Shown here: positions 40,554 through 53,373 of the stretch, piece by piece
How the letters are laid out: each line of letters starts with the position of its first letter
How positions within the stretch are numbered: the stretch's first letter is position 1
DNA from: Eledone cirrhosa
Lineage: Eukaryota
DNA: 64,000 nucleotides
Assembly: GCA_964016885.1 (NCBI GenBank)
Contig: OZ024740.1
Span: forward strand, 2,790,001 to 2,854,000
Reading direction: 5' to 3'
The notes under the pieces: model-generated
What the model was told of the DNA's origin: nothing
The model's database searches: none
What the model saw: only the letters and a program-made list of their open reading frames with translations
Position numbers and translations under genes: made by a program

Positions 40554-41254
40554 ATTGTAATGGTGACGTAAAAGATTGAGACTTTTTCACAAACAATTTG
40601 AAGCCAAATCTGTTTCATAACACATTGAATAAAGTTCAACAATACAATTATTTGGTAATCTGTAATATACCATATATAAAACAATAACAACAACAACATA
40701 ACTTCATACACACAGTCATATATTCACATTTATACACATGGACACATTACACTCTCCTCTCGACACACCTTTCTCACATGTATTCATCTGTTTAAATATG
40801 AAATATATTTTTTTCCTTTAATAAAAACAAAAACAAAAAACCCTGTTGCAAAGATTTGAAGTAAGGTTAATAAGGGCTTTTTTCTTTTTATCAATTATTT
40901 TGGGAGTTAGAATCGATGAATTATTTGGGCAAGGGTTTTGTGTCTCCTTGAAGATTCAGAATTTTTTTCTTTTTTTATGATTTATATTGTTTTTAGAATT
41001 TGGAAGGTCAAAGTTTAACTTTCAGCTATATTATTCTTCAGTAATATTCCATTTACTGAAATAAGTCCCCACTGCTAAACACGAAACACATCTATCTTGT
41101 ATTCACCTCATTTTTGTACCTGCACATCTCAGGTAAGATGTTTTCTACTTTATTTTAAAACACACATAAATTCTGTCCTAATACCAACTTCATTAGTATT
41201 AAGCAGCTGAGAGTACAAAGCTTCTGAATAGCATGCCAATTCATCGCAGAATTA

Positions 41255-41415
41255 ACCCCCAATTATTGTTGGTACTCATTTTCGTTTTCAGCTGAGTGGA
41301 CTGGAGCAATGGGAAATGAAGTATCTTGCTAAAGGACATAACATGCTGCCCAGTCTTGGAATTGAGCACACAACCTTATAATTGTGGATCAAACACCCTA
41401 ACCATTAGGCTACAT
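41255..41415 (-). mobile_element. Decayed tRNA/CORE-type SINE (another remnant at ~42248-42345, + strand)
   Basis: Minus strand reads GTAGCCTAATGGTTAGGGTG (A-box) ... TGTTATGTCCTTTAGCAAGATACTT (CORE-like). Confidence 0.6.
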
Positions 41416-44344
41416 GTCTTCACTTTTATATTTTATACCTGCTGTAAATTATAGGTAGGTTCTATTTGTGAGGTGATATGATGTGATGTGAAGCTAGTGA
41501 TAGCTTAGTTTTTGATTTGGAAGATTTTCAGTGAATTAATAACAACAGTGTTGCTCTCTCTCAATCTTCTCTCTCTTCAAATAAAAGCTGATACTATATG
41601 AAGAGGAAGGTGTGAGTGAAGAACTGGTCCAAGAGCAGAAAACTGTTAGAAATAGCAGCAATTGAAGAGGAAATAACAAGAATATGGGTCGAGTTAATGT
41701 GCACTGTGAAACTTGAAAGAATTACTAAAGTAGTTGAGAATATATTCTGGAAAATATATGGGTAGATGTGTCCTGTAAATTGATGATCCATGTTGATAAT
41801 GTATTCTACCTAATTGTTGGTATGTAAGTTAGGGTGTAAGTTTTGGTTTTTCAAAGGAAGATTTTCCATACTATTAACTCCTGTTTATTATATCCATACA
41901 TCTACCACATTTTGGTCTCTTATCATCATTAGGTGTGATATAGCAAGGTAGTTCAGCTCTCCAACATCTCTATCATTATCGCAGTTTAATCTCTTATACT
42001 GGCAAATAGTTAGATGTTTTGTAGATTTATTAGATATTCTGCAGATTTAATTACAATAACTCATTTTTCACATATTAAGATATATATTTAAGACATGCCT
42101 GAGAATATTATAATTACTGGGGTCAATATGGTTGACTTAAATTCCTTCAATATGACTAATAACTGAAACCAGTAAAAGAATATTCAGAAAAGTAATTTCA
42201 ATTACTACAAGTGTTTCTTATAAGGCTTAATTTATCTTTTTACTTGTCTGGTTGTGTGGTTAAGAAGTTTATTTCTGAACCTCGTGGTTCTGAGTTTGAT
42301 CTTACTGTGCAGCACCTTAGGGAATTTCTTCTACTAGGACTTTGCTTCACCAATATATAAAAAAAGTAAATATAAATTTGACTTAGTTTGCTTTTTAGAA
42401 AGAACAATTATTTTTCAAGGATTCCATTTGATATTTAGAGTGTTCAAAGTATTCACAACATACTGGAAGGGATTAAATAAACAAAAGGAAGAAGAATACA
42501 AATGCACCTAAAATTGCCCCTGGTTGTATGATACAACACTATTTTAAAAACAGCCTACCATCATTTTATGTAAGAACCTTTTAAGTTATGCTTCAAATAT
42601 CTTTTTAATAATGAAAAAAGTTAGTTATATTACTAGATCCCTCCAAATCCTTAGTTATTTTCAAACTTATTTGGAAATCATAGGCAGTGTCTTTCATTAG
42701 AAATATGGTGAGAAAGCAACATGTGAAACGATGGTGAAGTTAATACAGCTAACACAACAACAACAGCTGTTATTAAATTAGTCATTTTGTTTGGGGTAGA
42801 TAATTATATTGTACAGAGTAACATGATTATAAGAGGGTCTGGCATTTGACTAGTTTCTGGTCATAATTGACCTTTATAAACAGTGGTCATGTTCTGTTGT
42901 TTAGAATATAATATATGTGTGGTCCCTTTTTTGATGACCAGGATATGCCACGGTTTAGTCTTTCTTCGAGTCACATTGGACATTCTGTCATATAATATAA
43001 TGTAGTGTTGTTTGTAAGATATCTAGTGAAGTATGTAGAATAAGATGGTGTACATATATATATATATATATAATGTCTCATGTAGTATGTAGGATAAGAT
43101 GGTATATATATATATATATATACATATATATAGTGTCTCATGAAGTAGTGTGTTAATGGTTGAAATGTTTTGCTTCAAACAGTTTTGTGTCAGTAGTGTT
43201 AATGTAGTGTTAATGTAGTGTGATGTAAAAAGATATGATAGAAAAACCAATAACTGATGCCAAAAGTAACAGACAAAAATCCCCAAACAATTAATTTAGC
43301 CTTGATTGAACTCAGTAATTCTGAAAAAAATAATACTAGAATGTATATATTCACATAGATTCGTAGAGGCTGACATATATTTGGTTTGAAAACTTTGAAG
43401 ATTCATGAAGTGCATGGGTTGCAAGAGACATTGGTCAAGCAAAGCGATATATTGACCAGCTTTGTGTGACAGGAGTCAGCATAATGTTGTCAAGAAATCC
43501 ACTACTTAACACAGTGCAGCTTGGTCAAATATAGCGATATGTTGACCAGCTTGATGTGACTTGAGTCACCATAACATTCTCAAGACATTCACTACTTAAC
43601 ACAGTGCAGCATACTTGTCTCACAGATAAAAAATATAGTTACAATCTCTTTTCACATATGTATCACTGTTGTTTCATGATATGAACTGTTATTATTTCTG
43701 TGGAATGGAGTGGAAAAAGTCAATTAAATATTTGCCGATATCAAGAAAATGGCATTATTTGTTTGTTTCAAATGTTCAAATTTAATTTGTCACAGAAGAA
43801 AGCACCTCCATTGAAAAATGTTGCATATAGGAGATTTACTTTGAAGTCTCCTGGATTCTAGTTGATTTCTTAATATTTTCTCTCTCCGTCTCTCTCTTTC
43901 TCTTCTTCTCTGATTCTATGAAATCATATCAATATTCAGAAAGATGTCATCAATGTTCCATTTGTAGAGAAATCACAGAAAATATTTCAATGACTTATGG
44001 TTTATTTATTTCCCATGCTACCAGATGTTGGTGAGCTTGTCGTTGTGAAGTTTAAATATCCAGTCATCTCATCTATGGAGAAAGAAAAACCAGTAACTGA
44101 GGTATTCAACAGACAGCTATTGGTAAAAAAAATAATAACCAAATGATGACCAGCAGCTGGCAAAAACTAGAAACCGTGAAGGTAAGATATTCAGTCTTCT
44201 GTGTTTGAAATTCAGGGACCATGAAGTGGTAGTAATTTGGGAACCATAAAGTTAAAATAACCAGTCATATTTGGTTGAAATTCAGAATGTTTCTCTGGTA
44301 AATTCCCTGTTGATGTTATCACCTTAGTCTGAACCATGCCTTTG

Positions 44345-44417
44345 TTATGTTCGTCTGGGTTCCAGTTTGTGGGAGAGCTGAGTTAATGTTCGTTGATTGT
44401 CCATAACACATAAATTT
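44345..44417 (-). CDS. RAPGEF4: Last coding exon of an Epac (cAMP-regulated Rap GEF, RAPGEF4-like) gene
   Basis: Strong acceptor TTTTCTTTAAATACCTTTCAG, then phase-2 exon (R)NLCVMDNQRTLTQLSHKLEPRRT*. This matches the recalled Epac2 C-terminus [23 protein letters not shown]. Upstream exons were not found in the window. Confidence 0.82.
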
Positions 44418-44535
44418 CTGAAAGGTATTTAAAGAAAATATAATTAAGTTAATGATTTTTATTTAGAAAATTTCAAAGTACAGATTTTAACATACAATTT
44501 ATTGCTAACACTGTCAATATTAACGTTTTCTGTTT

Positions 44536-44571
<36 letters not shown>

Positions 44572-44646
44572 ATTGGTGTTGGATGCTTAAAGCGTCCGTA
44601 TGCTGTAGGCCGTATGAACACTCGATGCCCACATAGAGCAGAGTAT

Positions 44647-44956
44647 GATATCACAGAAAAAAGTGAATCAGTGTTGCGATGAAAGGAATTTATTGGACAT
44701 ATTACAGTTGTTTCTCGGGCGACCAGCTTGAGGCACGATCGATGCGGTGATCAAACCTGACTCTGAAATCGTGCGGTCCTCGGATACGTCTAGATTCTAG
44801 GAAAATCTGCTTCGAGACGTATCCAAGGACCGCACGATTTCAGAGTCAGGTTTGATCATTACATCGATCGTGCCTCCAGTTGGTCACCTGAGAAACAACT
44901 GTAATATGTCCAATAACTGTTTCGTCGCAACACTGATTCTCTTTTTTCTGTGATAT
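44647..44956. repeat. Fold-back element, ~140-bp imperfect arms with a 25-bp spacer
   Basis: ATATCACAGAAAAAAG...GGATACGTC / GACGTATCC...CTTTTTTCTGTGATAT. Contains the hammerhead-3'-like GAAACAACTGTA. Confidence 0.85.
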
Positions 44957-44959
44957 ATA

Positions 44960-45996
44960 TCTATATATATAAAGTTGTATTCCTGTCTGTCTGTTTGTTT
45001 GTTTGTTCACAAACTCCTCCTATGGTTTTGGAGATAGACCCCATAACCATATATATTCTGAAACTACATTGCCCAGGGTACTTGGGTAAGTATATTTCAT
45101 TTTAATCAAAGGGTTCCCCTGGGGCACAAATCCTCACTGAAAAGTTTTTCCCTTCGATTTATATGAAATTTAAACCATAGGTAAATGACAAGATATGATG
45201 CTGATTCACAAAATTTCAGCAAATTTCAATAATATTAAGATACCCTAATGCAGGTTAAATCCCCTAGTGAAAAGTTTGGCCAATAAATGGAACAAGATGT
45301 GTTGTAACAAGATTGCATGAGAACTTGATTGAAGCAACCATTATATTCAGGGCTTACAAAGGTCAAGCTCTTCTCATTCTGAGGATTCCACTTATACCAA
45401 GTGATAGCGAGTTGCCTTTTACATTTAAGAGGCTGAAGTTCCCAGTGAGGACATGCTTTGCCATGAGCATCAATAAGAATCACAGTCAAACTTTCAAAAC
45501 TATTAGTATAGATCTGACAAACCCATGTTTCAGTCATGGCATGTTTTATATGGTTGTTTCAAGGACTGGAACTTCAAAAAATCTCTACATTTTAGCCAAT
45601 CAAAGAAAGACAAGAAATGTTTACCCTGAAGTTCTTCATTAGGACAAAGTATGAAATATATTTTCATGTATTTATTATGTTAAAAAATAAATAATTAAAC
45701 TTTGAATTTCTAATTTGAAAGTAATGCTTTACACAAAAATGAAATGATCAAGTTTTGAATTGATATTTTGAAAAAAATGATTTACAAGAAACAAAATAAG
45801 AATAAGATTTAATAATGTAATTTTGATTTGGTATATTATAAAAAATAATGTTTTCCAATTTTTCATTACATTTTACATTGAGTAATATTGAAATGCAGAG
45901 TTTTTTCCATAAATTATATCACTGATTTAAAATCAATCATCATTTTCTTACAAAAAAAAAGTGGGAAATGCAGCAAGGCACGGGTAATTCACCTAG
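44960..45996 (+). mobile_element. Non-autonomous Helitron with PIF1 C-terminal remnant (45313-45642)
   Basis: A|TCTATATATATAAAG ... GCACGGG..CTAG|T termini; encodes RLKFPVRTCFAMSINK, CFSHGMFYMVVSR. Confidence 0.88.
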
Positions 45997-46159
45997 TGTA
46001 TATATATAAATATGTATATATATAATAATAATAATATTATTTATACACTATATACACTACATACAACTATAAACAGGAAAGGTCAGTAACTCATTACTAC
46101 CTTATTACCAGTAAGAAAAATAGCTCAATGTAAATACATCAGATGTTTTACAGAGCAGG

Positions 46160-46440
46160 AATATAAATTACACAATAATCAAAACTATGTTCAAATCATT
46201 TTATTGCTGACAATCGTTTTTTCCAAACTTTCGTTTGGAATCCTCGGAGCACTAGCAAAGTTTATACATATAATTAACTTCCTATTCAACTGAATAGGAA
46301 GTTAATTATATGTCTAAACTTTGCTAGTGCTCCGAGGATTCAAAACTAAAGTTTGGAAGAAACGATTGTCAGCAATAAAATTTGAACATAGTTTGAACAT
46401 AGATTTGAACATAGTTTTGATTATTGTGTAATTTATATTT
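46160..46440. mobile_element. Fold-back Penelope-like remnant; each arm carries a hammerhead motif
   Basis: Inverted arms centred on 46289-46290, in a TA-rich context. Confidence 0.8.
46328..46374 (+). ncRNA. Hammerhead ribozyme motif, CCGAGGA core variant (mirror copy 46205-46251 on - strand has G12A)
   Basis: TGCT-CCGAGGA-TTCAAAAC taaa GTTTGGAA-GAAA-CGATTG-TC-AGCA; GUC cleavage triplet. Confidence 0.75.
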
Positions 46441-46963
46441 TATAATTTATATATATATATATCGTTTTGTATTTGTTTTGCAAGATTTTTAAATCTGAAA
46501 ATATGTGTTGAAATAAATATTGTTATAGTTTGGAACAGATACTGCCATAAAAACTGTTAAGTTTCACTTCTATCATTATAATTTCCCAGTTGGTTAGTTT
46601 AATAACTGGCTGGTTGTTTAGTCTCTGATTGTTAAAGTTCTTTCGTCACACATTCTGTCAGACCAAAACAAACTGTCCAACATCATGATGATGATGATGA
46701 CTCTTGGTTTAGTATTGATTTGAATTGAAGTTTTGAAAGTTTATTAAATATATAAGATAGCGATTGTTCTGTTGTATTTTTGGAGCCCCCCCCCCCCGAA
46801 AAAGTGTGATATATACATTATATATGATATATAATAATAATCCGTTGGTGAAAACAGAAGTTGCCACTGTTGATAAGAAATAACTCAATACAAAGTCAAT
46901 ACTTAACTAGAGCAAGTTTCTCCTAGATGTCACAGATATATATATAACAGTAAAGAGAGAAAT

Positions 46964-46995
<32 letters not shown>

Positions 46996-48065
46996 CTATA
47001 TATATAAAGGGAAGATGGACATTGTTTAGTGTACCGAACTTGCCTGCTACACCGTTCATCCAATTTTCATGAAACCTCACACATATATAAAACTCAACGC
47101 GTAGAGTGGAATAGGCTACTTGAAATTTTCGAAAAATCGATAATCGGGCCCTATGACAGAATGTTTTGCGATTCCAATGAAATTTTATGTGAATTCGAAC
47201 ACAAGAACTCTTAGTTTACATCTGGCGCAATAAAAATAAATTTCATATGCCCATATAAGGACGTGCGTTATTGATTGGACGGCCAGCTGCATGTCTTCCC
47301 AGCTGTCTCAGTAAACGACCGACCATTAAAAAGTTTCTTTTCATATTCCACCTTATTCAAGTGGAAATACAGTATTATCCCTATCTGAAAAGGGAACCAA
47401 ATTTAATGGTGTCTTTTGTGAACCTAAAAGCTGTGAGTAAATTTTCAAACAGTCTTAAATAATCATGCTTTTTGAAAAAAAAATTACTAAATAATACGTT
47501 GAGCAGGTTGTGTTGTACACAAACAATACAAGTAAAAAAATTTACGTCGTACCAATGTTTTCCTTTTTTAAACAAAAGATTCTAAAAAATTACTTAATTT
47601 ATAATACAGTCTTTTGCACAGGAAGTGATTAACTTTTCGGGTGTTTAAACGTAAGTTCACCAATGGTTTGTGTCTTCATTATTAGCCCACCTCTAATGGC
47701 ATTTTTTGTTCTGCTTACGACTAAATGTTATGAGCGTATTTGCAATTAATTGCGCACACGTGCACACCTGCATGCAGATAGACACTGACAGCCAATAAAA
47801 ATCGATAACTTGCTTATTAAGATATCGGTCAAAAAGAGAGATTGAATGTACTTTAGAACATTTTTTGAATATATTGTTCTTTTTGGCATGATATGTCAGA
47901 AATATAGCTACTATACACTTTGGTTATTTTTTGTAACTAAAAAAAGGTTCCTTTTGGGTGGATACTTAACGAGAAAAATCCTAGGGTTTTGGACAAGTTT
48001 GTTTCAGGCGGTGTATAGACGCCTATTTTGTCACACCTTGGTCATGAATTCGTATTCTTTTCCAA

Positions 48066-48323
48066 TAGATATTTTCCGCTCTATAAGGCTTACCAGGATA
48101 TAAGGCGTATCATTTAAAATCAGGTCCGCGCAACGGCGTGTAAGGCCAACCAGAAAATGCTATCTTCTTTACTTTTAGTCTAGATCTATTACTTCTGTTA
48201 GAGCCGTGATTGATTACCATTGTATTATTTATACATAAGGCTCACCGGAGTATAAAGCGCAGAGCTGTTTTTTGATTAAATTTAATTATTTTAAGTGGAA
48301 TTTATAGACGGGAAAATTCGGTA
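48066..48323. mobile_element. Decayed Tc2/pogo-like MITE nested in the Helitron
   Basis: ATTTTCCGCTCTATAAGG ... TTATAGACGGGAAAATTCGGTA ends, with internal TATAAGGC repeats. Confidence 0.45.
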
Positions 48324-48445
48324 AGTTATTGTAATCATATTTCCAAACCTTCCCATTCACCAGTAACCATGCTAACGAATCTGGTGTCATCTCTCTCTGT
48401 ATTTAATCACCTCTCTCTAACCTAACAGCTTCGTTACACGTCGTT

Positions 48446-48906
48446 ATGCCCACACGGAAACGTTCAAGACTTACCTCCAAAAAAGGTACAGCTATTGCTT
48501 TGAGACAACGAATTAGGCGTTCTCAGGTATGCGTTCATTCACAATTGATTAATCCTTTATGCAATATTCTCCCTTAATGTTAGCAAGTACTGCGTTTATC
48601 CTAACTGTCACCGCTTTTAAGCAACTACAACATTCTAATCGTAGTTATATTAAATTTATTGTCTTACCTTGATTCCCTTTTGTTCATGTTAGACTTTTCT
48701 CATTTACTATTGACACTGCCATTGGCTTAGCTAACCAGTAGAATTAATTGATTTTCTCTAGGAAACACCTGCTGAGCGCGAATCTTTCCCGGCTGGTTGA
48801 GTCACCAACATCACGTACGACAAGGCTTGCTGATGTTCGCCTTCGTCGCCAACAAGCGCTGACGGAGGAATCACCAACATCCCGTCAGACGAGGCTTGAG
48901 GCTGTG
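48446..48906 (+). pseudogene. Spliced N-terminal remnant, probably of the Helitron RepHel gene
   Basis: Exon 48446-48526 encodes MPTRKRSRL..RIRRSQ. Intron GTATGC..CTAAC..TTTTCTCTAG spans 48527-48761. Then ETPAERE and, in a shifted frame, ESPTSR..RL repeats. Confidence 0.6.
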
Positions 48907-49495
48907 GCAAAGGGCAATAACCCTAGATACAATTTTGATCAACTTTTTTTCACCTATAGCAAATTTACCGGGACAGGTTTTTAGTTACTCAAATCTACTT
49001 CAGAGATCACGCATTGATGTAAAAAATCAATAAAACTGAAGCGGAGCTCGACTTTGGGCAAAAAAACAAGGCAAAGTTACACATGGGAAAACTTTTTACA
49101 GGAACGTCCTATATTCTTGAAAACTGTCACAAAAGACTCGCCATTATGCCGCGGTTAAGATAAAGGCCCTTTTAATTCTTCTTCTGCACATGTGAGCGCA
49201 AAAATTGTAAAAAAAAAAACCCTGAAAGTAATCGACATTTTCACCCTGCTTTAAATTAACTGAACATTCAATATCAAGCGATTTTGACTTCCGTCAGTCG
49301 TGCAGAGAACAATTTCAACGATACACTGTGTAACTACAATTAATAAATTACACACCTGTGTCTACTAACCTATTTTTTTCCATTGAAGTTCGAAGTTTTG
49401 AACCTGTGATGCGCGGGAAGTAACTTTCACACATTCTAACAGACCAAAGCTCGACTTACACCCGGGCAACGCCGGTTACTTCTGCTAGTATATAT

Positions 49496-49654
49496 ATATT
49501 GTTATACTTTGGGAGGGTCATGTTTCCAATAAGAAACACATGCACAAGTTGCTTTTCTTAAATTTATAAATTTAATTTTTAATAAATTGGAGTGAAAGCA
49601 ACTGGTGCGTGTGTTTCTTATTGGCAATATGACCATCCCAAAGTATAACAATAT
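49496..49654. repeat. Degenerate fold-back (~60-bp arms) between (TA)n tracts
   Basis: ATTGTTATACTTTGGGA.. / ..TCCCAAAGTATAACAAT. Confidence 0.8.
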
Positions 49655-49706
49655 CGGTTTCAACACACGTTTTCATATAAATAATCTTGCTAAACAAATT
49701 CAGAAA

Positions 49707-49746
<40 letters not shown>

Positions 49747-49750
<4 letters not shown>

Positions 49751-51670
49751 TCATCATCATCATTTTACGTCCGCTTTTCCCTGCTTGTAAGGGTAGGACG
49801 GGTCTTATTCAGCACAGCATCTCTCCACTTGTCACAGTCCTTCGTCATCTCCACCGTGAGCTTCAGCGATCTGAGGTCTGTTCTCACCACCTCCGCCCAT
49901 GTTTTTCGTGGTCTACTCTACCACATTTCCTGACACTTCTTCACCCATCGGTCATCCTCCATGCGCATCACATGTCCATACCACCTCAGTCTCCACTCCC
50001 GTACACTACATTCTATCCCTCTCAGACACAGTTTCTCTCAACACATTCATGCTGGGTCGTTCATGCACATTGTCACTGCACATCCAACGGAGCATGCTTG
50101 CCTCATTTCTCTCCAGCCGTCACATATCCTCTGCAGATGTTGCCCATGTCTCACTACCATGCAGCATCGCGCTCCTCACACAGGCATCATACAACCGACT
50201 TTTCGTACACAGGGAGAAACCATTCTTCGTCAGCAGAGGAAGCAGCTCCCTAAACTTCTTCCAACCTGTCCTTATTCTAGATACTATGGCCTCGGAACAC
50301 CCTCCTCCCATGCTAATCTGATCTCCTAGGAACTGGAAGCTATCCACCACTTCTATAGCACCCGCCTGCATTTGAAAAATGTTTCTATCAATGCGACTTC
50401 TACTGTCTAATTTCCCTGTACATCTACTGCATACATATTTCTCCCTACCTGTTAGTTTGCCTGCTATCCCGCTACATCTCTTGTGTACCCAAGATCTGCA
50501 TTGTGTACATTCTATAGAATGTATGCCAACTCCTTTTCTACATATCGAACATGGCCATTTCTCTGATGGAATCAGAGTTTTGTCCTCTTTTCTACTCATC
50601 AACACTTTTGTCTTAGCTAGGTTCACTCTCAGTCCTCTTGCTTCCAACTGCTGTTTCCATAGCCAGAATTTATTCTCTAGCTCCTCTACTGATTCTGCTA
50701 AAAGAACCAGATCGTCAGCATAGAGAAGTTCCCATGGAGAGCCAGTCTTAAATTCCTCTGTTATGGCTTGGAGGACTATAATGAACAAGAGCGGGCTCAG
50801 GACCGAACCTTGATGTACTCCTACCTGTATCTGGAATTCCTCACTAAACTCCATTCCTACCCTGACTTTACTGACAGCACCTCTGTACAAAGTTTGCACT
50901 GTCCTCACAAGCCATTCCTCAACACCTAGTTTCCTTAGGGACCACCAGATGACAGATCGGGGTACCCTATCAAAGGCCTTCTCTAGGTCAACAAAGGCTA
51001 AGTATAGTGGCTTATTCTTCTCAAAGAACCTCTCTTGTAATTGTCTCACCAAGAAGAGGGCATCTGTTGTACTCTTCCCAGGCACAAAACCAAACTGCAT
51101 CTCATCTAGTTTGACCCTTTCTCTAATTAGTTGTACTAATATCCTTTCTGCCACTTTCATAACCTGATCCATCAGTTGTATATCCCTATAATTGCTCCTC
51201 TCCAAAGCATCCCCTTTACCTTTGTAGCAATTTATGAGAATACTATTGCACCAGTCTTTCGGTATGACACCACTATATATAGCCTGATTGATGATGCGTG
51301 CAACCAGTTTAGTGCTTACGTCCCCTGATGCCTTCAGCATCTCAGCAACTATTCCCGATGGTCCAGCAGCCTTACCATTTTTCATTTCCTTAATCGCCTC
51401 TTGGACCCTATATTCGTCAATCTCAATAGCTGGTCCCTCTGTCAGATCTACTGAGGGTAATTTCTCTCTCTCCCATTCCTTCTCCACATTCATCAGTCTC
51501 TCATAATGACATATCCAGGCCTCCTTTTTCTGATCATTCTGGACACTAAGTACACCGGCATCATTCCGGACACATTTATCTTCAACAACATCCTGATTTG
51601 CATTGACACACTGCCTTGCAATGTGGAACACCGCACGCCTCTGATCTTCCCGTCGCAGAACATTGGCAAA
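49747..51670 (-). mobile_element. 5'-truncated RTE-clade LINE with (GAT)n tail; RT contains a PHD-like finger
   Basis: ORF 51631..50120 with AFVDLEKAFDRV, GVHQGSVLSP, LLYADD and a CxxC..CxxCxxxxHxxC..CxxC insert. Premature TGA at 50120-50122. Confidence 0.9.
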
Positions 51671-51693
51671 TATATATATATTATTTATTCAAT

Positions 51694-51757
<64 letters not shown>

Positions 51758-51789
51758 CAGTAATCAAAGTTCAGTTTAAGTCATTTATT

Positions 51790-51836
51790 TGCTTACAATT
51801 GTTTCCTCCAAACCGAGGTTTGGATTCTTCGGAGCA
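51790..51836 (-). ncRNA. Hammerhead ribozyme motif in the pLTR, element-sense copy (CCGAAGA variant)
   Basis: Exact reverse complement of 55554-55600. Confidence 0.75.
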
Positions 51837-53373
51837 GCTAATTATAACATACTTGACCTCCTTTTCAACCCAAGAGACACATAAAACATATGCGCATATT
51901 GATCAACAGTGGGGTGACATTCATCAAATGAAATAGCATGGCAATTTACATATAAAGTGTTACATGATAAAAATAAAAATAAAATAAAATAAGAGCAAGA
52001 GTGAAAATAAAGATAAACATGAAGCGTTGGCAGTCTATGAAGATAAAGCAAGAGGAAAGCTTAGAGTAGTCAGTGCATGAAGCAATCTCCCGTGTAGCAT
52101 GCACGCTTGTCTTATCTATACATGATTAGAGTGCGTCAGAATGATATTTGCAGGGTCAGGCAGTTGAAGCAGGCAATCGATCTTATTATATAGGCTGAAT
52201 TATGAAGTCATTTATTCTCATACATCTGTATGATATAGTCTCGGATGCGGGGAAACACCAAAATATCAAAAACCTTCAACATACTATAAACCTTATTGTA
52301 TCGTAGGCAAGGTCGTACCACTGTCCTTGCTCACACCACCACTCACATAATCCATGAGACGCAATATATATATATAGAGAACACGCGTCTATCGTATAAT
52401 TCGCAGTGGTTCAGCATATAGTCAAGCTATAAACCGTATCCAGTCGGTTCTTAATTAATATATCATGCTGTCCAAATTCCGGAAGTGCCTGAATGATTAA
52501 GGGGAATTAATGCGTAAGGGGAGGTAACTAGCTAGTTATTTTAGTTACATTACTATGCTAAACTACATTAATGGTGATTCAAATACGTGCCTATCATGTG
52601 AAGTTATAACTAATATCTAGAGTATGGTACCCATTTATAGGTTAGAGAGTTGTTCATTAAGAAGTACAAGGGTGTATATACTAGGATGATTGCCAACCAT
52701 TAATTAAGGGGTGTCATATCTGAACGTTCCATAAGAGGAGTCAGACTCTCAAGTCACTGCTCCATGCAAATGTAATATAACAGTAGGACCTGGTATGGTC
52801 CCACTATTATATATGCCACCCGGTAGGCTCCGGATCATTGCTTGCCTGCATCTCCAGTAAATCTTCGGTATGGTCCGGAGATCCGATCTCTCATATAAAT
52901 GCACTAGTCTGGCCATCAGGTAATAGACAACCCCCGTCTCAAGTATAAATCAATTATGTATCACATCTCCAAGCTAGAGTGGAGTCTATTAATAGGTATA
53001 AAAGGAGTCCACATCAAGATGATTACGTGCATAATTCAATGAACTGATCGCTTACAGTATATACTCACTTAACAATACGATTATCTATCTAATCATCAAT
53101 CTATCTCTTGGTGGTAATCCATGCACAGGACTATGCTATCACAACCAGTACCGAGTCCCCAGTTTATACTAATCTTATATTTGTGCAATGCAGAATAAGT
53201 AGTCCACGGTCGGAATATCAGTATTAGAGGTACAAGGGGGTATTCCCAGGGTAGGTGGCACTCAAATGCTGTCAGTATTATCTTTAGAGTATAGAGATGG
53301 GTGTGGATGTGAGGTGTAAGGTGTGCTACTGATGTTAATTGCTAGGGGTGGTGCCGGTTCCAGTCTGACATTA

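Larger units (their letters stand above)
46995..49488 (+). mobile_element. Non-autonomous Helitron
   Basis: A|TCTATATATATAAAG 5' end, CCGG-GCAACG-CCGG hairpin, and CTAG|T 3' end. Confidence 0.88.

Noticed and set aside
40048-40596. His-rich (DVTDLGITHHHHDG)n or Met-rich repeat protein
   Set aside because: A 42-bp minisatellite with CAT triplets stays in frame trivially; non-ATG starts and no splice support.
44880-44915. Hammerhead in the 44.6-44.9 kb fold-back
   Set aside because: Only GAAAC-AACT-GTA is present; no CUGANGA/CCGANGA half was found.
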